The notes under the pieces were generated by a model. The model ran no database searches. It saw only the letters and a list, made by a program, of their open reading frames with translations, and was not told the DNA's origin. From the NCBI GenBank assembly GCA_965222225.1, contig CBDCTK010000002.1:32001-96000 (forward strand): a stretch of 64,000 bases of DNA, written 5' to 3'. Source of the stretch: Candidatus Poribacteria bacterium. GTDB taxonomy: Bacteria > Poribacteria > WGA-4E > JAJDTR01. Both the position numbers and the translations under genes were made by a program. Positions 10,701 to 17,803 of the stretch are shown in pieces; position 1 is the stretch's first letter; each line of letters begins with the position of its first letter.

Positions 10701-11867
10701 TACTTTGCGATAACCCGCTGGGTAGATTGTGTTCTGTGCTCGTTCATTTCCGGCAGCAGCAACCAAGAGAGCTCCGCGCGCGTAAGCGTAATCTATCGCG
10801 TCACGAATTACGAACGAATTCCGAGAGCTGCCCCAACTCATGTTGATGATTCTTGCGCCATTATCCACGGCATAGACAATCGCGGCTGAAGAATCGTCGT
10901 CCTGCAGATGGGTGCCAGCCCCGTTTGACGCCCCTGCCCGAAGTGGCATCAAGGTGCAATTCCACGCCACCCCCGCAACTCCAAGTCCGTTATCCACATC
11001 TGCCGCAGCAATGCCCGCCACATGAGTTCCATGTCCCGACCCATCGATTGGATCGTTGTCGCCGACCACCGAGTCGCCTATGACTGCGACATTGGGGGCG
11101 TCTGTAAAGTCCCAGCCTCGAATGTCATCAATATATCCGTTTTGATCGTCATCAATGTCGTTGTCTGGAATTTCATCGGTGTTGCGCCAAATCTTCGCGG
11201 CGAGATCTTGATGAGTATAATCGATGCCGCCATCTACGATTGCGATAGTCACCTCAGAACTACCTTTTTCAATTGCCCAAGCTTGAGGCATTTCAATTAG
11301 GGGGAGATTCCACTGCTCTTCGAATCGGGGATCGTTGGGGACGATTTCGGACGCGAGCGTTTGACGTAGATAGTTAAACTCAACCGCCTCAATCAAGGGG
11401 TGTGACGAATAGGCGGCTTTTAGGGAATCGAGATTGGAAGAAGTCGAAAAGCGCAAGAGATAGATACGTTCAAGGTTCGGATTCGCTGCCGGGTTGGCGA
11501 CATGAGGGAAAACGCGGGAAAGCGACTGAACCCCCATTTGGGAATGGAATACGCGAATCGCGGAACTTTCGTGCACGCGTTTAGCCTCCGCTTCGCCTTC
11601 AGACGTCACTCGGATTAGGAGTTCGCCCAGTGTAACTTCCGACAGTTGCTCCGAGGTCGGAAAATTGCTCCCGCCCGCCAAGGCAGATAGTGGCAATAAT
11701 ACTAGCATCGCCATTGCCACAGAAACTCGCCTAGTTTCGGACGATAGGTTTAAGCAGTATACAGGATGCAGGGCTTGGTTCACGGTGTTTTCCGGTTTGG
11801 TTGGCGAGGTAAGAAAATGGATCCAACTGCGGTTCAACTTCGGATGGGGCTTTCTTAATCGCAGCAC
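7791..11867 (-). CDS. Secreted S8 subtilase with FG-GAP/VCBS repeats, FN3/Ig domains and T9SS-type C-terminal domain (start probably downstream, near 11714-11786)
   Basis: Catalytic IVDGG, HGTHVAG, GTSMATPHV; DxDGDG repeats; VFPNP...SGIYIY..KIAVVR tail. Confidence 0.9.
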   Translation of the reverse strand: MLRLRKPHPKLNRSWIHFLTSPTKPENTVNQALHPVYCLNLSSETRRVSVAMAMLVLLPLSALAGGSNFPTSEQLSEVTLGELLIRVTSEGEAEAKRVHESSAIRVFHSQMGVQSLSRVFPHVANPAANPNLERIYLLRFSTSSNLDSLKAAYSSHPLIEAVEFNYLRQTLASEIVPNDPRFEEQWNLPLIEMPQAWAIEKGSSEVTIAIVDGGIDYTHQDLAAKIWRNTDEIPDNDIDDDQNGYIDDIRGWDFTDAPNVAVIGDSVVGDNDPIDGSGHGTHVAGIAAADVDNGLGVAGVAWNCTLMPLRAGASNGAGTHLQDDDSSAAIVYAVDNGARIINMSWGSSRNSFVIRDAIDYAYARGALLVAAAGNERAQNTIYPAGYRKVIAVAATDQNKQRFYQSNFGASIDIGAPGNVILSTQIGNRYRRLTGTSMATPHVSGVAALILSKRPNLTHEETRQIIINTADSTLESPELVGAGNLNAAKALITSGSMQARILAPETGGGGSSKIELIGTAGGFKFNTWQLMYGESTTPTMWTAINLPSFRQKTKERLLIWEIAEVPEGTYTVRLETVAKTGAIARDEVVLSVDRTPPIVRGIKAREQLSKGQFVVSFSWSTDDLTVDSLNYRAQKILAPFSTIDESAVGREHSFSLSLSPGRYDYFVRARNAAGLETIGDNRGRYYQLDVMGSRISPHGLIGESTGIPPMHIGSVTADFDRDGLLEIVGLPLIGDLSSGIEIHERTPSGSYELKHTSAFAFKPWAVDDTDEDGLLEILGSTEDRIFLIESLTRTDYPKRQIWESPFLSAGQIADLDGDGRKEIVGADNNNGAILIYENQGNDIYEEIIRLKSETDGANVYGEQFAIDDFDGDGRTELLTGDSEGELHLYEAIGDNQLTQTWQLRIDGLDAHQYAIGDLNGDGISDFVVGSRTIEKDLPSLPARWKFTLFTTTGDNRYVSVWSQEIAPYRLRGNSLAVGDLDGDERNELIILTNPSVHVFQQGRTSFTPVWHHEVWNTPSLLLADSDEDGFQEIFLNSRDNLLTFENTRADKTKVVANIQPWDLVAAPLTESLVQLTWQTPSDVSLFNVYRATTSNQEKEVSISPRMVEFEKIEENLDVPRYFDRALKKNTTYWYAVSAVSENGIETDWTAPVWATPRTPPRMIDAEHLGENRIAVTFDRPMGREIGNEKRFLLRKPEHISGVIPQSAFRDRMGKRAILGFRQDDLIPGSIYEIAVSEVQDSDRNPIDPRASAMLVKIPPAANLVELKDFTQLTVFPNPVRPSEFHKGVVTFDGLPTDTAINIYDPSGSLVERLTVTSTDRGRKEWLLLSNGTSDVTSGIYIYVMEFGNLRKIGKIAVVR

Positions 11868-11903
11868 TTTGCAGAATTCGATTATTTCGTATATGACAAA
11901 TTA

Positions 11904-13076
11904 TCATAGCAACTGCACAATGACAACGGTAAAATCGTCCTGAAGCGGATTGCCAGAGCAGAAATCGGTTAACTCCGCATCCAGAGCAGTTATCATTGTG
12001 TGCGGAGAATGGAGCGCATACTCGTTGAGAAAGCGCTCCAGTGCACCAGTGCCATATCCTTCTTCACCAGCGCCTCGCGCCTCTGTCAGACCATCGGAAT
12101 AAAGAAAAAGGCGATCTCCGGACTGCCAGCTAATCTGTTTCGGTTCGGGTTGAAATTTTAGGCGTGTTCCAAGCGGGGGTGAGCCGTTGGTCTTTAGCAC
12201 ACTCCACCTCTGTTCTTTTGCGCGATATAGATAGGGGTGAGGGTGTCCCGCATTGGCGAACGTGAGCGTGCAATCGGAATGGTTGAGTATGAGATATGAA
12301 AAGGTCATCAGCATACGCGTGTGGCGATAGTTGCGCACAATCTTATTGAGAGCAGTAAGCACAGAGGATGGCGATGGATCGATTCCCATTTGGAAATCAA
12401 ACCCGCTGCTCACGAGAGCAACTAACAAACCGGAGTAGAAACCGTGTCCCGCAACGTCACCAATTGCCACACTCACGCGGCCATCGGGCAAATGGAAATA
12501 ATCGTAGTAGTCGCCGCCAACTTGGGCTGCCGGCTGGCTTTTTCCTGTCAGATGCATCCACTCCAACGAAAAATCGCCAGTCGGAAGCATGGTTGTTTGA
12601 ATCTCATGGGCACGTTTAAGATCGTACTCGTGTTGTTCCTGCTGGCGTACAGCGGCAATTCGGTATACCGTATCTTGTTTAATCTTCTGTCCCAATATCC
12701 GCAATAAGCCACTGACGACTTGCGGCGAGGTTGACAACACCTGATGAAAGTCGCCACGGTGAAGTTTTAAGAGCATAACGTCAGTTTTCGCACGTACTGT
12801 GGCGCTGTGGGGTGAATGATCAAGCAAAGCCAATTCGCCTACATATTCGCCCTCAATTCTCTCTTGTATTTCAACTGCGCCGGACCAAATTGCGACTTTC
12901 CCTTTCACAACAAGGTAAAGCCCGTCTGCCAGTTCACCTTCATTGAAGAGAGTGTCTCCTTCCGAGAGCCGGAGCATTTGCATTTTGTTACCGACTGCAT
13001 TCAATACATCTTCCGGTGCACCTGCGAAGAGTGGTGTTCTGCTGAGGATTGTCGATAGTTCCGCCGAGGATAACAT
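11904..13076 (-). CDS. cNMP-binding domain fused to PP2C/SpoIIE (RsbU-like) phosphatase
   Basis: GELALL..PHSATV cNMP motif; VGGDYYD, GDVAGHG, ANAGHP, YSDGLTE, DDFT. Confidence 0.9.
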   Translation of the reverse strand: MLSSAELSTILSRTPLFAGAPEDVLNAVGNKMQMLRLSEGDTLFNEGELADGLYLVVKGKVAIWSGAVEIQERIEGEYVGELALLDHSPHSATVRAKTDVMLLKLHRGDFHQVLSTSPQVVSGLLRILGQKIKQDTVYRIAAVRQQEQHEYDLKRAHEIQTTMLPTGDFSLEWMHLTGKSQPAAQVGGDYYDYFHLPDGRVSVAIGDVAGHGFYSGLLVALVSSGFDFQMGIDPSPSSVLTALNKIVRNYRHTRMLMTFSYLILNHSDCTLTFANAGHPHPYLYRAKEQRWSVLKTNGSPPLGTRLKFQPEPKQISWQSGDRLFLYSDGLTEARGAGEEGYGTGALERFLNEYALHSPHTMITALDAELTDFCSGNPLQDDFTVVIVQLL

Positions 13077-13200
13077 TCGCCTAATACTCCCTGAATCTCG
13101 GTTTCGTAAAACCCTTACTGTTGTAAGACTGGATTATGCAGTCAACTTCTGGTAGAATATCCGACGCAGTTCAATGTTATAGATTGCTTGAGGTGTAACC

Positions 13201-14094
13201 ATGAACAAGATTATACTTGATACTGATATTGGTGACGATATTGACGACGCCCTTGCCTTGGCGTTTGCCGTCTTGAACCCAGAAATTGAGTTGGTTGGCG
13301 TGACAACCGTGTTTAAGAATACGGAAAAACGTGCCGAGCTAGCGTGCTCTGTGCTGGAAGCGTTGGATGAAACAAGCATTCCAGTTCATGTCGGAATTGG
13401 CAAAACCGTTCCGCAATCCATTCCAGATTGGGAGCGAATTGCGGCAGAGCATCAGCCAAGACAGATGGAGATTCTGACCCGGCGGCAATCATCGATTAAG
13501 CCGCGTCCGACACGAGCAGTTGACTTCATCATTGATACCATCATGTCGGGACATGGCGACATTACCCTTGTTCCGATCGGCCCGCTCACAAATATCGCGG
13601 CAGCGCTCCTCGTAGAACCTCGGCTCATTCAGAAGACGAGGATATGCTTGATGGGTGGCGCAATCGGCCGGATTACGCCAGAGTGGAATGTGCTCTGCGA
13701 TCCGGAAGCAGCGCGGATTGTGTTCGGCTCCGGTGCGAACATCACAATGGTGGGGCTTGATGTGACGACCAAATGCAAGATGACGTACGATCAGGTGAAA
13801 GCTATTGGCGCGGTGCAGCGTCCAATCAACGAAATCTGCTTTGAGCTAATCCATCTCTGGGGTGGTGATAACCCCGAGCCGCGTCCGACGCTTCACGATC
13901 CATTAGCTGTCGCGTTTGTTGTTGATTCGACTTTATGTGAAATGAAGGAGTTACGAATCGCCGTTGAAACCCGTGCTGATTATGTGCAGGGACTAACAGT
14001 CCCAATAGACGGGCAACCGAACACTTCGGTATGCGTAGATGTCGATGCGCAGCGGTTCATGGACTATTTCCTTGGTACTTTAACGCGTTCCTGA
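13201..14094 (+). CDS. Inosine/uridine-preferring nucleoside hydrolase
   Basis: DTDIGDDIDD, IGPLTN, EWNVLCDPEAA, LHDPLA. Confidence 0.9.
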   Translation: MNKIILDTDIGDDIDDALALAFAVLNPEIELVGVTTVFKNTEKRAELACSVLEALDETSIPVHVGIGKTVPQSIPDWERIAAEHQPRQMEILTRRQSSIKPRPTRAVDFIIDTIMSGHGDITLVPIGPLTNIAAALLVEPRLIQKTRICLMGGAIGRITPEWNVLCDPEAARIVFGSGANITMVGLDVTTKCKMTYDQVKAIGAVQRPINEICFELIHLWGGDNPEPRPTLHDPLAVAFVVDSTLCEMKELRIAVETRADYVQGLTVPIDGQPNTSVCVDVDAQRFMDYFLGTLTRS

Positions 14095-14114
14095 AACAAG
14101 GGATGATAGATTCT

Positions 14115-14465
14115 TCATCTCCGCTGTCGATGCAACAGTTCCAGTATTTTTTGAAGGTCTGGATCATTCGGGTTAAGACGATTCACTTCTTCAGCTTCAT
14201 GGATTGCGGCATCCAACATACCTATATTGTAATATGCCCAACCCAGAGCGGCATGAATGATTGCCGACTCCGGTTCCAAATGCAACGCTTGTTGGTATTG
14301 CTCTATCGCCTGGTCATACTCCTTCTTTTCAATATGGTCGTTGCCACGCTCAAAATACGGATTACGGTGACCGTCTACCGACAGGCGCGCGCTTTTGTTG
14401 GATTGGTGCATCTGTCCACAACCGGCATGAAGTAAAACGCAGCACAGGAATGCGGACACCTTCAT
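14115..14465 (-). CDS. Small TPR lipoprotein
   Basis: ATG 14465, lipobox LHAGC, two TPR units. Confidence 0.7.
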   Translation of the reverse strand: MKVSAFLCCVLLHAGCGQMHQSNKSARLSVDGHRNPYFERGNDHIEKKEYDQAIEQYQQALHLEPESAIIHAALGWAYYNIGMLDAAIHEAEEVNRLNPNDPDLQKILELLHRQRR

Positions 14466-14894
14466 CAATTCCACTATTACCTCCTCTTGACCACATAAGA
14501 TAGCACCATCCAGAAAAAGTGTCAATTTGAATTTCCAATGGGGTTGGACCTATCTGCAGTGGATACGGCGGAATAGTGTCGAGTTTCTTCGTGTTCAATC
14601 GCGTTTGCTTGTGTCAAGTACACCCAATGGCAGGCACACCATCGGATTAGGTTAGGGTGCGGCGCTGTCTGTTGACCACTTTCTCGACCGCATCCTGTGC
14701 CGCTTCGTCAGTTGACTGCCTCTTAGCTCGACTTTGTACATTTAAGTGGGATAACGGACGGTGTCAATCAAGCGTTGAAGAGGAGCGGGGACATTTTAAT
14801 TATTTGGCTTATTTGATTGACCGTTGAAAAAGTCCGTCCCTAGCGATTTCCTATCCCCATACAACCTGTAAGGATCGCTATCGCACGGGATTTA

Positions 14895-14923
14895 CTATCG
14901 CGCTCTTTAATCAGTCGCTTGAT
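14895..14923 (-). repeat. Covarying 29-nt hairpin motif, copy 1
   Basis: + strand CTATCGCGCTCTTTAATCAGTCGCTTGAT, preceded by GGATCGCTATCGC and GGGATTTA stutters. Confidence 0.85.
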
Positions 14924-15025
14924 GGCCTCTGGCGCTTTCAAATGCTGGTGCGCAGTGTGCACCCTACAAATGTACAAAGTCGAACTTAGAAAACAAACCC
15001 TTATAGTAATCCGTGGAAATTTCTC

Positions 15026-15054
15026 TTGACAAAATGGAGGTGTTGCTATATACT
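15026..15054 (+). promoter_or_regulatory. sigma70 promoter of tRNA operon
   Basis: TTGACA, 17 nt, TATACT. Confidence 0.8.
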
Positions 15055-15080
15055 TTACGAGCTTATTAAGTTGTGGGTCC

Positions 15081-15157
15081 GGGCGGGTAGCTCAGTTGGC
15101 CAGAGCGACGGCCTTACAAGCCGTAGGTCACAGGTTCAAGCCCTGTCCCGCCTACCA
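15081..15157 (+). tRNA. tRNA-Val(UAC)
   Basis: Cloverleaf: acceptor GGGCGGG/CCCGCCT, anticodon arm ACGGC-CT TAC AA-GCCGT, T-loop TTCAAGC, encoded CCA. Confidence 0.97.
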
Positions 15158-15182
15158 ATAAATATTCAAACGTCATCCTATC

Positions 15183-15261
15183 GGATCCGTGGTGTAGCTT
15201 GGTTTAACACATCTGCCTGTCACGCAGAAGATCGCGGGTTCAAATCCCGTCGGGTCCGCCA
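15183..15261 (+). tRNA. tRNA-Asp(GUC)
   Basis: Acceptor GGATCCG/CGGGTCC, anticodon arm TCTGC-CT GTC AC-GCAGA, TTCAAAT, encoded CCA. Confidence 0.97.
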
Positions 15262-15276
15262 GTTTATATCTCACCT

Positions 15277-15318
15277 AAACCACAGGTTGTTTGGTCGTCA
15301 AACAGTCTGTGGTTTTTT
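15277..15318 (+). terminator. Intrinsic terminator after tRNAs
   Basis: AAACCACAGGTTGTTTG-loop-CAAACAGTCTGTGGTTT ending in a T run. Confidence 0.8.
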
Positions 15319-15374
15319 GTTATCTATACCTTTCTTGCTCGCATGACGATAGTCCTAGTACGGAGGTTGCCCTC

Positions 15375-16685
15375 GTGTTAGACCTAAAATTCATTCGCCG
15401 GAACCCTGATGCCATACGAACTATGCTCGACCAACGGAGGATGACTGCGCCTTTAAATCAGCTCCTTGAGATGGATAGTCAATGGCGCGAGACTGTCACC
15501 GGCGTAGAAAATGCCAGGAATCATCAGAATACCATCTCAAAAGGCATTGCGCAACTCAAGATGAACAAGCAGGATGCCTCCGAGCAAATTGCGGAGATGA
15601 AAGGACTCTCTCAGGAACTCAAGAGGTTGAGCAAGCAATCAAATGTCCTTAAGCAACAGATTAATGAGATGCTATTGACGATTCCGAACCTGCCGGATTC
15701 AAGTACTCCTGTTGGAGGCAGCGAGGAAGATAACATAGAAATCAAGCGATGGGGTAATCCGAGAACCTTCGATTTTGAATCAAGACCGCACTGGGAACTT
15801 GCGGAAGAATTGGATATTGTAGATTTTGGGCGGGGCACAAAAATCGCCGGAAGTAATTTTATACTGTTCAAAGGTCTTGGTGCGAGGTTAGAGCGAGGGT
15901 TGATTAACTTCATGATTGATTTGCACGTTTCCAAACACGGTTATACAGAGATTTCTCCGCCGTTTCTCGCCAATCGTAGAACAATGACCGGGACCGGACA
16001 ATTGCCGAAATTTGAAGAAGACATGTATCGCTGCGACCGGGACGAAGAGAATGAAGACAGCGATCTCTTTCTTATTCCAACTGCCGAGGTGCCTGTCACC
16101 AATATCTTCGCAGGGGAGATTTTGGACGCCGACGATCTTCCGATTTATTACGTCGCATACACGCCTTGTTTCCGGCGAGAAGCCGGCTCGTATGGACGGG
16201 AGACACGCGGGTTACAGCGCCTTCACCAGTTCGACAAAGTCGAAATGGTGAAGTTTACACTTCCCGAAAAATCTTACGATGAACATGAAGCCTTGTTGCG
16301 CGATGCCGAGGATATACTACAAGCCCTTGGTCTCCCCTACCGGGTCATTCAACACTGTTCGGTTGAATTGTCGTTCGCGGCTGCAAAATGTTACGACCTC
16401 GAACTTTGGTCGCCCGTAGATCAGAAGTTCAATCTAGAGATTTCTTCCTGCAGTAACTATGAATCGTTCCAAGCCCGACGCGCGAATATCCGGTTTCGTC
16501 GTCAACCGCATGCAAAAACCGAGTTTGTTCATACACTCAATGCGTCGGGCACTGCGTTGCCTCGATTGGTCATCGCGATTCTTGAGAATTATCAACAGGA
16601 GGATGGGACGATTCAGATACCGGAATTACTAAAGCCGTACATGGGCGGTATCGATCTAATCACGTCGGATAGTATATCAGAATAA
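15375..16685 (+). CDS. serS: Serine--tRNA ligase
   Basis: GGAGG RBS, GTG start MLDLKFIR; GQLPKF, LIPTAEVP, CFRREAGS, HQFDKVE, EISSCSN, HTLNASG. Confidence 0.97.
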   Translation: MLDLKFIRRNPDAIRTMLDQRRMTAPLNQLLEMDSQWRETVTGVENARNHQNTISKGIAQLKMNKQDASEQIAEMKGLSQELKRLSKQSNVLKQQINEMLLTIPNLPDSSTPVGGSEEDNIEIKRWGNPRTFDFESRPHWELAEELDIVDFGRGTKIAGSNFILFKGLGARLERGLINFMIDLHVSKHGYTEISPPFLANRRTMTGTGQLPKFEEDMYRCDRDEENEDSDLFLIPTAEVPVTNIFAGEILDADDLPIYYVAYTPCFRREAGSYGRETRGLQRLHQFDKVEMVKFTLPEKSYDEHEALLRDAEDILQALGLPYRVIQHCSVELSFAAAKCYDLELWSPVDQKFNLEISSCSNYESFQARRANIRFRRQPHAKTEFVHTLNASGTALPRLVIAILENYQQEDGTIQIPELLKPYMGGIDLITSDSISE

Positions 16686-16731
16686 AGAATTCCCCGATTT
16701 ACCAAGATTTTAATGTGATCTGGAGGAATGA

Positions 16732-17568
16732 ATGGACGAGGGCAAAGGTTACGCGAACCCCCAACTGCTAATCTCTCCCGAAACGCTAATCGACAGGCTA
16801 GGTGACGAATCGATTTGCGTTGCGGACACACGACCGACGCATGAGTACGCCGCTGGGCACATTCCCGGCGCGATCCACTTGGATCTGTATTCGCTTAGCT
16901 TGAATGACACGAGCGAGAGACCGTTCAAGTCGTTCATGTGGACGATTGCTTATCTCCTGCGTCAGCGCGGAGTTGATCCGACCAAGACGATCATTTGGTA
17001 TGAGGATATCTCGGGCATCTGTTCCGCAAGGGGATTTTGGTTCTGCGAATACCTTGGGCACGAAGATGTTCACGTGTTGGACGGCGGGTTCAATGCCTAC
17101 GTCGCGGCAGGTGGGCGCGTTAGCATCGAAGCAGACGGGCCCCCGGAAGTTCCGGCGTTTCCAGAGGCCCCGCAATCTCATACACATCTAGACGCGGATA
17201 CAATCCACGGATTGCTTGGAGACGCTGACTTCGTTGTCCTTGATACGCGCACCGACGACGAGCACTATGGGCGAGTTGCCCGCTCCGCTCGCGGCGGCGC
17301 GATTCCGGGGTCAATCCACATTGAGTGGCGCAACAATCTGGATGAAACGGGCGCGTTCAAGTCAGCTCCCGAGCTCCGCGAACTGTATCAATCCGCAGGG
17401 ATAACGCCCGAAAAACGTGTCATGTGTTACTGACAGGGCGGCTACCGCTCTTCCAACGCCTATCTGGCGTTGCGACTCCTAGGGTATCCGAGAGTCAGCA
17501 ATTATTTAGGGTCGTGGAAAGAGTGGGGAGATCGGCTGGATTTGCCGATCGAGATTCCAACCGCGTAA
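16732..17568 (+). CDS. Tandem-domain rhodanese/sulfurtransferase, probable selenoprotein (UGA 17431-17433 at the catalytic Cys position)
   Basis: GHIPGA motif; frame continues past TGA as CY-U-QGGYRS...NYLGSWKEW to TAA 17568, completing the rhodanese C-terminal signature. Confidence 0.85.
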
Positions 17569-17655
17569 TAGATAACAGAGATGAGGGCGTTGTATCTCGC
17601 TCACGGGTAGGGCTGGCAGGGAGTTCTATGGGGATTAGCTATCGCAGTAAGATTT

Positions 17656-17684
17656 CTATCGCATTCATTATTCGCTGGCGTGAT
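17656..17684 (-). repeat. Covarying hairpin motif, copy 2
   Basis: CTATCGCATTCATTATTCGCTGGCGTGAT then CCCGATCTAC; partial left-end stutters upstream. Confidence 0.8.
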
Positions 17685-17803
17685 CCCGATCTACGGGAAG
17701 GGGACACATACCGGGTTACGTAACGCAGTGGATTTGGCAATCCACTGCGAGCGATGATTGAGTCGCTTTAACTCACATTCTCCAGGTTGTTTGTCTCGCA
17801 AGA

